Origin: Podarcis gaigeae
Lineage: Eukaryota
NCBI GenBank assembly: GCA_964106915.2
Contig: OZ066915.1
DNA length: 64,000 nucleotides
Strand: one strand, 5' to 3'
Shown here: positions 36,701 through 48,000 of the stretch, piece after piece
How positions within the stretch are numbered: position 1 is the stretch's first letter
How the letters are laid out: every line of letters begins with the position of its first letter
Position numbers and translations under genes: made by a program
Notes under the pieces: model-generated
Databases searched by the model: none
Told to the model about the DNA's origin: nothing
What the model saw: the letters and a program-made list of their open reading frames with translations, nothing else

Positions 36701-37502
36701 CACGGTTCTCAGACTGGCTGCCCCCAGACAATGAGGCTGGCTCCCCTGCCCTCGTGGGCCCCAGTGCCTTCAAGATCCCCTTCCTCATCCGCCAGAAGAT
36801 CATAAGCAGCCTGGATGCACCAGGGGCCCGTGGGGCTGACTGGAGAGCATTAGCCCAGAAACTGCACCTCGACAGGTAAAACACTAAACCCGGAGAAACA
36901 AGCTGCAGCTGGCACAGACCCTACCTGGTGGATGAATCTTGCTTTAGCAGGAACAAGTGACTAAGGTGGGAGGAGGGGTTTCTGTATGGCGGGCCAGCAG
37001 GAACAGATGCAGTCACATTGTTTTTTCCTGTGACATAGTGGGGGCAAGGAAGGAGAGGAAAACTGGGGGCTCATCTGGACTTCTTTTTGTGCTGTGAAAA
37101 CCTGCTCTTTACTGCTGAATTGGAGCAAACAGCAATCTGCAGAAATCCAAAATTGCCATTTGTTCCAATTCAGCATTAAAGAGCGGGGGGTTTGCTAGGG
37201 CAAAACAAAAACGCTCAGACAGAGTTTTAAATAGTAGGCCTGTGCCTAGAAAGCATGGGGCAAAATGTGTGTGTGAATAAGTGCTGCCTTGGGGGCTCTT
37301 TCTCCTGGGTAATAATGGCCTCTCCTCTTTCCACAGCCATCTAAGCTTCTTTGCTTCGAAACCCAGCCCAACGGCCATGATGTTGAACTTATGGGAAGCC
37401 CGTCACTTCCCCAACGGGAACCTCAACCAGCTGGCGGCTGCTGTGGCGGAGGTGGGCAAGCAGGACAGCTCCCTCTTCATGGTGTCGGAGGCTGAGTGCT
37501 AA
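21514..37502 (+). CDS. UNC5A: Netrin receptor UNC5A, coding exons 2-16 (5'-partial; exon 1 not found in window)
   Basis: Join 21514-21735, 22182-22325, 22586-22689, 23139-23319, 24223-24390, 25143-25307, 27389-27577, 30168-30467, 31020-31107, 32696-32864, 34085-34318, 34692-34841, 35223-35387, 36697-36875, 37337-37502. Total is 2624 nt with consistent phases and no internal stop. Peptides ([61 protein letters not shown]-terminal SEAEC) match the UNC5A paralogue, and adjacency to HK3 fits known synteny. Confidence 0.96.
22182..22325 (+). CDS. UNC5A: UNC5A exon 3 (Ig1 C-part)
   Basis: gcag|GCCTG ... GCTT|gtgagt; 144 nt; [28 protein letters not shown]. Confidence 0.95.
22586..22689 (+). CDS. 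UNC5A: UNC5A exon 4 (Ig2 N-part)
   Basis: ctag|ATCTG ... GAA|gtgagt; 104 nt; [35 protein letters not shown]. Confidence 0.95.
23139..23319 (+). CDS. UNC5A: UNC5A exon 5 (Ig2 C-part)
   Basis: caag|GTCGAG ... TATG|gtaggg; 181 nt; VEWLHNED...[23 protein letters not shown]. Confidence 0.95.
24223..24390 (+). CDS. UNC5A: UNC5A exon 6 (first TSP1 repeat)
   Basis: ccag|TGAAT ... CCAG|gtactg; 168 nt; [32 protein letters not shown]. Confidence 0.94.
25143..25307 (+). CDS. UNC5A: UNC5A exon 7 (second TSP1 repeat)
   Basis: gcag|TGCCT ... CATG|gtgagt; 165 nt; [33 protein letters not shown]. Confidence 0.94.
27389..27577 (+). CDS. UNC5A: UNC5A exon 8 (transmembrane helix, DVAD caspase site)
   Basis: ttag|GAACG ... 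GCAG|gtgagc; 189 nt; [41 protein letters not shown]. Confidence 0.94.
28196..28332 (+). mobile_element. tRNA-Ile(AAT)-headed SINE with CR1-like tail
   Basis: agctcagctggttagagcatggtgctaataacgccaag...ctctatgattc. Confidence 0.72.
29230..29490. repeat. Long imperfect inverted repeat (old palindromic element)
   Basis: aaaccagatccctggc...caagcaaacca pairs with tggtttgctggg...gccagtgctctggttt. Confidence 0.65.
30168..30467 (+). CDS. UNC5A: UNC5A exon 9 (juxtamembrane to ZU5 start)
   Basis: gcag|ATAAC ... ACAG|gtgaga; 300 nt; [12 protein letters not shown]...[16 protein letters not shown]. Confidence 0.94.
31020..31107 (+). CDS. UNC5A: UNC5A exon 10 (ZU5)
   Basis: ttag|GTGTC ... GTGAG|gtatcc; 88 nt; [29 protein letters not shown] (not in the ORF track). 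Confidence 0.93.
32696..32864 (+). CDS. UNC5A: UNC5A exon 11 (ZU5)
   Basis: ttgag|GCTGC ... GAG|gtgagt; 169 nt; [29 protein letters not shown]. Confidence 0.92.
33419..33549 (+). mobile_element. tRNA-Lys(CTT)-headed SINE with the same CR1-like body
   Basis: tagctcagtcagtagagcat...atctcagggttgtgggtttgaaccccatgttgggc + attcctgcattgcaggggttggactagatg...attctatgattc. Confidence 0.72.
34085..34318 (+). CDS. UNC5A: UNC5A exon 12 (ZU5/UPA)
   Basis: tcag|GATGTG ... AAG|gtatta; 234 nt; DVLHLGE...[11 protein letters not shown]...[18 protein letters not shown]. Confidence 0.94.
34692..34841 (+). CDS. UNC5A: UNC5A exon 13 (UPA), followed by a GC donor
   Basis: ccag|GAAGTG ... CAG|gcaagt; 150 nt; [11 protein letters not shown]...[15 protein letters not shown]...LLVSYQ. 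Confidence 0.92.
35223..35387 (+). CDS. UNC5A: UNC5A exon 14 (UPA)
   Basis: ccag|GAGATT ... AAG|gtgagg; 165 nt; [10 protein letters not shown]...QVEGDGQSF. Confidence 0.94.
36697..36875 (+). CDS. UNC5A: UNC5A exon 15 (death domain start)
   Basis: ccag|GATGCA ... GACAG|gtaaaa; 179 nt; [39 protein letters not shown]. Confidence 0.94.
37337..37502 (+). CDS. UNC5A: UNC5A exon 16 (death domain end, stop TAA)
   Basis: acag|CCAT; [29 protein letters not shown]...SEAEC*. Confidence 0.95.
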
Positions 37503-38427
37503 GGCACTTGGTAGGGGCAGCACAGGCCTTTGCTGGGGGATGGCAGAGGGCATCTCCGCTTGAAGGAGGCAGTGTTCCCACACTTGTCCTGCTTTGAATA
37601 CGCCTGCGTGCTTCGTCGGAGGCATCCTAGCCTCACGCCCTCTGTTCCTTGTGCCAAATACAACTAGAAGGCAAGCACACCGGGCTCAGTCTCTAGTAGC
37701 CATGGGGTGGTGGGGGAAACTACTGAATGCCTGCCCTGCCACTGCCATGGAAGCTCTGGGACTGGCCGAGGGAGGCTTGCCCCATATTTTGCAGTAGGCT
37801 GGCAATGGATTCTGATGTACGTCTGTTGGGCTTAGTCATATACCCAGGGCCCTCTTCTTCCCCAGCATGGGAAGAAAGGGGAAGGGAGATGGCTGGCTTG
37901 GTGCTTGTGGGGAGTGACCCAGGACAAAAAGGTAAGCTTGGTCCTGGAGCCGAGAAGCCCGTGCCTCTCCCACTGCAGCCCCCAGAGCGTCCCATGCTGC
38001 GATGAAGCAGAGCCGGAAGGGGGGATCCGACAGGTTGTTTCCAGAGCCATCTCTGTATATTTTTGCTCCAGCCCAAGAGATACCCGAGACTTGGTCATAG
38101 TGGGCTGCCCTGGGGTTGGTGCTGACACTGGGGACCCCGAGGGGACAAGGAGAGGAGATGGTCAAGGGCAGCCCAGGGAGGTGGGCCATGCTGTGCTGGA
38201 TGACAGGATCTGTGCCTCCTTAGTCCTTGCCCAGTGTATATGCAAAGGGAATTGTGCGTGTGCGTGGCAGTCCAATCCGTGCAGTGAACGTGTGCTGGGC
38301 CAGGCGGGCCCATGCCGTATTGTGTAAAGATCGTTTTTTATTCTGTATTCAAGTGCATTCAAGTATTTACACTTGGCCTTATGTACATATAAGCGTCCCG
38401 CACAGGGTTTTAGCGGGCATGAATGTA

Positions 38428-38433
38428 AATAAA
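38428..38433 (+). terminator. Likely UNC5A polyadenylation signal AATAAA
   Basis: AATAAA about 930 nt after the stop, preceded by TGTA motifs and followed by an AT-rich and then GT-rich tract. Confidence 0.65.
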
Positions 38434-38695
38434 TTATATATATATATTGCTACATGGGACTTCTTGTGTCTGTACTCAACACTAGGCCAATGGAAGCATT
38501 GGCAGATCTGGAAAAAAGCAGAGAGAGTTCAAAGTCTGATCAGAGCTTCCTTGACAGCTTAGTAGGTGTAGAAATGTCCAGGGTTATTAAGAAGGCACCT
38601 CCATTTTAGCACTCTCAGTCTGTGTTATCTTTGGGCTTGGATTGTTGGGGGAAAATATATATAACTTGGAAAACCAAGTGGCAGCAGGAATTTGT

Positions 38696-38701
38696 TTTAT
38701 T
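38696..38701 (-). terminator. Candidate HK3 polyadenylation signal AATAAA (second candidate at 38880-38885)
   Basis: TTTATT on + strand about 200 nt past the HK3 stop codon. Confidence 0.5.
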
Positions 38702-38906
38702 GTTTTCCTCGCTTGAACATGAATCAGAGGTGGTAAAGAGAGCTATAAAGATGGAACACCGCTGCTGACACAACTTGCCTTTCCTGCAGTTTGGCCACAG
38801 AGGAGGGTGAAACACATTGCTGTGGGTCAAGGTCTGGGCATTGTAGAGAATGGCTTGGTGTCCTGGTTACTGGGACATCTTTATTCAAGTCAAGTGGATG
38901 GTTTGG

Positions 38907-39030
38907 TTATTTATGGGCCACAGCAGCAATCAGTGCAGCCCCCTTCCCTGAACCATCCTCTGACAGCAAGAACTTGACGTTGCAGTTTGGAGCTATCAGA
39001 GCCGTCGTCTTATGAAGCTTTGTTGCAAAG
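38907..39030 (-). CDS. HK3: HK3 last coding exon (stop TAA)
   Basis: ctcag|CTTTG; [40 protein letters not shown]. Confidence 0.93.
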
Positions 39031-42000
39031 CTGAGAACAGAAAGGGAGCATGTCCGTGAGGAAGAGAAAGCAATGTTCAGCTAGTATCACACCCTCCCCT
39101 GGTTACATGGTTCTTGGACATACGTTATTGCAGCCTTCCCCTCTTTCCCTCACCCAAAACAGGGGCAGCATTCAACTTTTCTAGGCAGGTGCTGCAGAAC
39201 CCCATACTCCAAAGAAAACCAGGTACTGCCCATACAGCCTTACTGCAGCTTAGGAAGAACCATCCTTTACCATGCACTGTGTCTCCCAATAAGTACTAAG
39301 GTCCTCCAGCCTAGCATGGATCAGTAATGGCTGAGTTTCTCCCCATGCATCAAAACACAGTTGTTGTCATCTCTGCCCAACCTGGTCTTGCCATCCATTG
39401 GGCAACTGAAGTTTCCATTCCCCTATTGGCACTCTGTTGGGTTGAGGCCTTGCTTGCCCCGCAGTTTAATGAAGCAAAACTGACTCACTAAGGATGCATC
39501 TTGTAGAGTGTCCCATCCACGCCAACTGTTATATCCAGCTTTGACGCACGACGGTTCTCTCGGATCTTCTCCACAACTGCAGATATTCCCACTGCACACA
39601 TCTTAGCGGCACGTGACGACACGGCACGGCACACATCCTTTACCACCAAGGCATCCTCTGTAGATACACTCAACCCATATTCTTCCAGAATGTTACACAC
39701 GTAATGGTGACCAGGAGTGCTGCTTACAGAACATTATAATCAGTGGTGGAACTGCTTGAGGCACCTATTATATTCAACAAGAGCTGTTGCCCTCTTAGAA
39801 GCTAAGCATTTCTAGTCTCTCAGTTTTGCAGATGGGATTCAATCACAAATGGGCAAATTCAGGCTGCACAATTTAACTTGATTTGGCGTTCTTGCACAAC
39901 AAACCAGCTTCAATCCCAAATCAGTTTTGTTTTTGCAATATGGAAAGTGGGAGATTGTCTGGTGCAATGTTGTATAACTTCCCCACAAATAAAAACGGAT
40001 TTAACCTCCCCACAAACTTTGTGCAAACAAATCATTATGGATGCTGTATAAACAGGTGGTCTGGAAGCAACCACATTCATCCTGAAAGAACCCATTGTTC
40101 CCCAAAGGGTTCATGCGGCAGATCATGAAGGTTTTTACATTCCAAAGGGGGGGAGGGGAATCCAGGCAATGCCAAATTACTGAGAATTCTGCATCAGCAA
40201 GACTAAAGCTTAATACAGTATCTAAAAATTGGCTTGCTTTCCATAAAATCATTTAAGTTTGCATGCTTGCAATATAATCTGGGACAAGGGGTACTTGCTT
40301 GTCAGAAGATGATCCAAGCCTAGGTAAGGTGAAGTTAAGAATGAGGGGTGGACAGATAACCAAGTAGGACTTAGAGTCTTTTACAGGTAAAGACCAAAAG
40401 AAGCCTCAGGAATTTGATTTCTGCACCAAACCTAAATTCTACATGAAAAGAGAATATTACGGATACACACTTACTCCTCAACATTTGTTAGGAATTTGGT
40501 GGGGAAGATGTTTTTGGTCTTCAGTATTTCTGATGGGCGACCCCTGAAGATGACCTTGCGCATTGTTAGCTCCAGCAGAATATAGCGCACAATCTCACCC
40601 AAGTACATGCCACTGATGAGCTTTTCATACCTTTAGGGGAAATGGAAATGAGTGTCACACAAGGAGACCCTGGAGCCATCACCCCAGATCACTCCCAGGT
40701 ACCTGGACTCACCTTTGCTGGCCAGCATTGATGGATTCTGCATCCACTTTCTCATCAAACTGTGTTATGTAGTGCTCGAGGCAGCCATTGTCTCCAAAGG
40801 CCCCCCATTCCATATTGATACACATTCTGCCCTCGTCCCCCTCCACAGTGCCCACATTCCTCATCTCCTCCATGTAACAGGCATTGGTACCCGTACCTGA
40901 GAGAAAGGGATGGAAATGAATCACTGATGAAAATGGACTGTCATATTTCCCCCTGCTCAGAGCAAGGAAAGTATTGGGATCAAGCCTGGAGGAAGAATCT
41001 TCAGCCAACTTGGCGGTCCATTCTAAATTTCAAAATTACAGAGAAAGGCTTACCTGTCAGGGAGCAGCCCAGATTCTGGTTATAGATCCCCCCAAAGAAG
41101 GTAATAGTTTCAAGAAGAAGAGTGCAGGAGGGCATCCGCTGTTGGAAATATATTCCCTTGGAAATGTATAATCCCCTTGCCCCTAAAAGACAGGTCCTGC
41201 TCACCTATTCCCAACCACCCTAGGAATTTTATCAAAGGGCAGAGCAGTATACATTTCTAGAAAATAATAATTAAAATAATGCTGCCGCAACCATCTTACC
41301 TACGATGAGGCCAATCTCACAGTTGGGGTCCACATAGGCACATGCCATCATGGTTCCTACAGTGTCATTCACTATGGCAACCACATCTACATCAATGTCC
41401 TGGGAAGAGAAAGGGAGGGAGAGACAGAGAGCAGCAAGATGTGTTACCAGGCAACACGATTCCCTATCACCACAGTAACCAGCAGAGACCCACAGGCCCT
41501 GTCGCTTGGGAAATATGCCCCCTCTCCCTGCCCCCCCCTTCTGAAGGCCCCTGGGGGCATCAACCTGAAGGGAGCTCTCAAGCTCTGTCACTGCCATCGG
41601 GCTGGCTTACCGAATGGTTGCTGTTACGCCTTCCACTTTCTCAGTGGGCTACATAGCAAGTGACCCATCATCACAGAGTAGACCTAGGGGTGGGGGTGGG
41701 GACTGAGAATATGGAGCACCGTAATGCCTTGAAGACGCAACACAAACTTCTTGGGCCTGCTTGACATACAAGTTGGTTCGCCTCAGAGTCGTGAGGGGCT
41801 CCTTACGCCATATCCAAACTGAGTGAACTCATGCCCCATTTCCCAGGTCTGTCAAAGAATAGAGGCGAGGCCCTTTTCTACCTGGTGCACACTCTCACTC
41901 GCTCACCGATAAACATGGGAGAGCTGTTGTTAGACTAGAGGTACGCATAACACGTATGCAAGGGAAATACGCATGGTATGGTTGCTTTTCCTTGGGACTG

Positions 42001-45000
42001 GAGAAAGCAAATGTCTGGGGGCATGCTTGACCATTTGCCTGCAGCTTCTCTGCTTCAAATTGTTGCCTGCAAAGTCATTCCTTCCCAGGGTTCCACATAA
42101 GGCAAACCCAGATTTGGTGAGGGAGGCATTTGGAGCAGAGAATTAAGAAGCAAGAATGTGATTAAGCACCCATTCCTCCTCTCCAAAATCACACCCTTTT
42201 GAAGATGGATTTCCCTAAGAAAAACAGGTGCCAGGCCTGCCTTGCATGGATATGCATGGTTAGTACCTACAGTATATGTATAGTATATGCATGGTTGGTA
42301 CCTAGAGCTAAGGTGAATAAAAAAAGAGGTTCTACCATTATAAGCTTCAAAATTCAATAGCTTAATAAAAATGGTATCTGTTTGACTAATAACTTCAAAG
42401 CTGGCCTACCTGATTTGCCTGATGAGGTATACAAAAGTGCCAACTTCCACATCAATCTGATAAAAATTGCCAGCATACAGCAAGTTTAAAGGATTGGAAA
42501 CTGACACTTTGGCCCCCTTTCCCCCAGTTAAGAAAGCATATAATATATATTCTTCCTAATTTTCACAAAAACTACTGAGAGTGGTTATTCTCTTCCAATA
42601 TTTAATACCACAATGACCCTATAAAGTAGGTCATGGGGGGGGAGTGGATTAGCAATGCATACCAGTGAGATGCATGCCTTGTGTTTAACCAAACTACTAG
42701 AAGAGACTACACCCCATAACTACACATATACTCTGTGCTGAAAACCTCTGCCCCCACCCCATGCTGCAAGCTGCCAAATGCCCAAATGAACCACACCCAA
42801 GGCCCCTTGTACACATTCTGCCCTAAGCTTGCCACACACTCCACCCAACACAAAACCCAAGACGCACCTCACCCCTTGCACTGAACCCCCTCAACCCCCC
42901 CCCCTGGTCACATACACACCACCTCACACTGAAGCCCACCCTATACCGAACCCGCTCCCACACACCCTGCCCCACAGTGAACCCACCCAGGAGGATTACG
43001 AAGAAGACGGCAGTGGTTCTCTTCCATTATTTAACCTCACAGTGACCCAGGGAGATAGATTATGTCCCGAGATAGCAACAGTGGCCACGTGTTTAAGAAG
43101 GCTCCTGTCCAAAACGGAGATGTGGGGTGGCGGTTGGGCTATTGGACTGGGTGAAAACAAAGAATGCATTTCACAGGGATATATCATCACAGCCGCTATC
43201 TCTGGGACAGAAAGGGTATACTTGTCTATATGCAGGTGGAAGTGGTCAGAGTGCTGGCAGAGGGGAAATGAATGCATCAAAAGTTAATTAAGCTGGAACT
43301 GATTAGAGGGTGTCCCTTGTTTTGTGACTGGACAGGTCCAGCTCTGGCAGCCATTTTGTGCTGTTGTCTATGAGATTTTCAGATGTCCAGATGTTCCCAT
43401 GGGTCCAGAACGGCTAGTTTTTGCCAAGGTCTAGGGGCCAGGAGACAGATGTTAGAGAGCTGGGGGTGTTTTTGTGAGTGTGAATTAGCCAGTAAAATGC
43501 CTAAATGACATTGTGATTAGGTCACAGGTTATTTTTCCCTGTGGCCTCAACCCTTCAGATCAGTGGAACAGAACTAGAGCTGGCGTTTTTAGGAGTGGCA
43601 GTACTATTGGCAGTTCAAGGTAGCAAGGACCACCCCCCATTGTGCAATGAAGTATTATGGCATACGACTTAGGCCCAAGCTATCTGAAAGACTATATTCC
43701 CTCAGATGAACCTGCCCAGGTTATGAGAGCTTTGGGGGAGGCCCTTTTCTTGGTCCCACCACCCTCACAGGCATGCGTGGTGGGGATGCAGGAGAAGGCC
43801 TTCTTGGTGGCTGCTCCCAGAACTTTGGAGCTCCCTCACTAGAGAAGCTAGACTAGCTCTCTCCTTGCTGTCCTACTAGCAAGTGAAGACCCTATTTCAA
43901 GAGGCTTTAAGGAACTGACTGCTCTTAATTAATTGGGGTTTGGGGGGGTTAATGATGGAGGCAGTTATTTTCTATGTTTTAAGCTGTTCTTATTTTATCT
44001 GTAAGCCGCCTAGAGTCTCTGATAGTAGATTTAATAAACCAAGAGGAACAGATATCAAGGGGGCACATGATCAAGCATATTGCTGCACACACTTTATTCA
44101 TGTATTAAATAAAAGACAGCATTGGACACTTGAGTTGGAAGGACTGCAACTGCTGAACCAAAGTCTCTCTGAAGTAGTTTTGAAAATAATCCACCTGTTT
44201 CATAGATTTTAAAGAGGCAACACTAAAAGCTGCATTTTGGCAGTGTGGAGGAGGTGAATGCACTGATTCTGAGTAGGAATGAATTGTTTTCATTCATTTC
44301 ATGTTATTTCGGTGAATTTGTAGGGCAGTGCCTCTTTCACACAAAAAAATAAAAGAGCCTCCAACAGGGACTTATATAGAACATCATTAGACAATTGAGC
44401 TTACAAATCTTAGCCCACACATCTTTTCTATTACAAACTGGTGTTGGGAGGGTGCAATCTGAAGCAAAGTGGTGTGTTGGAAGACGGTGCTTAACCCTTT
44501 CCAGGCACTGGTCCAGGAATAAAAGCTCTGTGTCTGAGCATTGTTGTTATTTGCCCTGGAGATTTCCCAACGAAAACCCACTCTATAGCACTCAATCAGA
44601 GCAAATGTCAGTTTGGGTTTCCTGTAGATTGCTGTGTGCTCTTATTGAACTCTAAAAGATGGGTTTTCATGGGGAAGGCATTGGAGAGAAAAAAGAAGAA
44701 GGGGGAGGGGAAGGATGCTTGAACACAGAGCATTAAAGTGTGGGCCATGCCTGGAAAGAGCGGAGGAACGGTAAGTGTGGATATGCCCTTATTGTAGCGA
44801 CAATTTTCTTGTAAATTGCTTAGAGATTTTACTACTTTGAACTGGTATATAATTTTTGATAAATTATTTTTAAATAGAATTTTAAAAACCCTCCTCCCCA
44901 TCAGGATTTGGGCTTGAAAGACCAAGGAGAAGTGTGGGTACTTAGGGGTGAGTTGTACACAAGTGCAACTTGTGTCCTTGAACAACAACTTTGCTGGTTA

Positions 45001-48000
45001 TGGGGCACATCTGTTAAAGCATTAGCCTCAGCTTCCAGTTTTCTGGCTTTGTGGAGCTTGAGCCAACGTGAGATAGCCTTAACTCTGATTTTAAACCAGC
45101 GGGTTTTGTGATAATTTAAAAGCCTTTCATTTTGATAAATCAGATTAAGTCTGAATAGTCCAGCCCAAACTGTAATCCCTGGCAAATCTATCCAGAGCTC
45201 GTGCCCCATATCCCACACATACCGTTTGACGCTTTACAGCCTCCCTTAGCAACTGCACGACATCTTCTCCCACACAGCCTGTGGCACTGAACCCCTTGGT
45301 CCATCTCAGCAAGATGCCCTGTGAAACCAAGGAATTGTGATAAACATGTAGGTGCAACCGGACTGCTTTCTCTGAGCTGCTTGCCCTTCACATGTTCATG
45401 GATGATTCTACTGTAGCTAAGCTGCAACAGAGAGATGGCAGTAGGAGACATGCAGATAATGCAGGGACCTGCCTCTGCAAAAGTTCTGCAGGTCCTCTAG
45501 CTTCTGAGTTTTCTTTAGGCATTGCTCACCCAATCTCAAGTTTATCCTTGCAACAATATGGGCTAGAAACTTGCCAGTGCCAAATTGTGCAGCTTTTCTG
45601 TGCTTCCACAGAATTGTAGCATACACACTAGGACAGAGACTGGACCTATTAGAAAGAAATGCCTAACTAGTGGGGGCAGGGGGTTCAACAGGGGTTTTTC
45701 GCAATGGACAGCTGAATTTCACAATTTAGAAATCCTACAAGCTGAGCTTTCATTTCAAGTTATTTGTAAATGGTTTGAAAGCTATGTTGTTCTCATAGCG
45801 TTTGGAAATTTTTCTCTTTCTATCTTGGGGAACACAAGGTAGTTCAACCCCATTTCTCTCCCTTCCCATCTACCACAAAAATACATTCCCAACAGGGGGC
45901 TCCACTGGCTAACCCAGGTAAGGGAGGCAGCAAAGTCCTAATTCCCAGCATCACCACATGAACAGCAGATCACTTCCATAGGTGCTTCATACCTTGTCCA
46001 GGTTCGTCTGACTGCAGGGAAACGAAAAAGTGAAGCCCAGTGGCAGTGTTCGTCCCACAATGCTATGCTTGCTATGGAAATCATTAATGCATTGAACAAT
46101 GTGATCAAAGAGCTGCAGGAAAATGGGAGAAAGCATGAGGCCTTATGAGGTAAAGACAACTTTGGAGAGGAAACGCCATCACTAACAGTATCGCCCATCA
46201 CCACAGTTGCCAGTGTCACAGATTTAAGACCCAGCCAGTCTGTAATAGAGGCCAGCTCAACCCAGCCATGTCTTCCCCTTTCTTGCACCTACCTCTATTG
46301 CATTACTCTGGGCCACTTCGGGTGGAATTGTGTAAGACTCAGAGACCATGTGTACACCACCCTCTTCTTTGCTTTTCACCTGCACCATAAGCACTCGGAA
46401 ATTGGTTCCGCCCAGATCCAGTGCAAGGAACTCCCCTCTCTCTACAAAATGTAGAAGGGACAAGAGCTTGAGTGACATAGACTCTCAACTACAACCCAAC
46501 ACAGTCACTGCAAGGGTCTCCTTCTTTGGCTTCTTTGCCTGAGGCCAACATCATTCCCACCAGTGCTGGCAACTTAAACTATAAAGCCTTGGGAAAGCAT
46601 CCCACCAGCCCTCTAGAATATTGGTTGTCAACTGAGGGGTCAAGACCCACTGGCACCATACCAATATTTGCTAATAAAATAAAATGCATATTTGTGCTAT
46701 AGGCAGGTGCAGGATCTGAAAAGGTTGGAGACTCCTGTTGTTACTAGCAGTGGTTATGCTGCACCCTTCTCGGTGAGATGAACGTAAGTAACAATAACAA
46801 CAGCCCCATATCAATTAAAAGACTTGGGGGCCCCCAAACACGGAAGGTTTTCTCTGGACCAAACACAACTTCCCTGAGACTTTTTAAAAAGCCCCCTTGA
46901 GCTCTTCAAAGCTCTTCCCTCCCAAGATAAAGGCCATTCCCAAGAGGTTGTTCTCTGGCTCTCACCGCTGCCGTCAGGCAAATGGCGGACGTAAGTGGGC
47001 AACATGCGGACGGTGGCTGTACTGTGTGTCTCCTTTGACAGACCCTTCTCCATTTCCTGTCTCATCATGGTCCGCAGTGTGTCCATGTCGGACATAGAAA
47101 GTCGGAAAGGCGCCAGGACCTGAGCTACTCCTTCCTGTTGGTGTTTGAGCCTCAATGTCGCAGCTGCTACCCTGGCAGCCCCAAAAACACAGCCATGTTC
47201 TGATGTGGCAAAGGTGACAGTGCAATCAGGAGCCAGTGATTTCAATGTTTCTTGCAATATCTGACCATACCTGGAGGGAGAGGAAATGTCAGAGACCTTG
47301 AAGCAGGGTGACTGGAAGTAACCTTTCTGGCCTTTCTGCACCTGTCCCCTAGCTTACTATGCCTTTGCTACAAAAGGAATGTGAAAATTTGCTGGATGAA
47401 TGAGTCTTTGGGTCTGTTTACATTATCCACATTTTCTAAAATGGCTGAACTCCCTGAAGTTAACAGCCTCCTAACTTTGGACATGTAACAGACCCCCTAG
47501 CCTGGGAAACCCCAGTAACCAATTTGAGAGATTCAGATGGATGGATGGATCCATTTATCTGAGTAGTATAGATGGGTTACTGTCCTGGAAGGAGCTGTTA
47601 TGGCAAGAGAGAGAGGATAAAATATGCTGCCTACTGAGTTTCTGGCAACAATGAATAGCTAAACTGACTTAATGGTTCTCTGGGTTGAGGGAAAATATTT
47701 GTATATCTGGAAGAAGACACTGGAAGAAATGCTTTCTTGGCCAGCGATTTCAGTCCAGGAGAAAGCTTGCTCCAATAACCTGCTCATGAAAGGAAGTCAG
47801 GGAAAATATGATGGTTAGTACAGTGGTCCATAGGAAAGTGGGATTGGTGGGTTTCTTGGTTTTGATTTAGATGAGGGGCAGCCAATATGATGCTCTACAG
47901 ATGTAGCTGGGCTACAGTTCCCATCATCCTTGATCATCGACCATGCATATGGCCATTATAGTCCAACAATATCTGGAGGTCATCACACTGGCTACTCACG

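Noticed and set aside
39486-39491. Apparent premature TAG stop ending the hexokinase ORF (..YKMHP*), suggesting a pseudogene
   Set aside because: The TA is a split codon at the donor (TA|gtgagt) and is completed by C of the last exon to give TAC (Tyr).
42700-43290. Pro/Thr/His-rich 152-aa ORF
   Set aside because: Arises from C/A-rich low-complexity intronic sequence; no splice or homology support.
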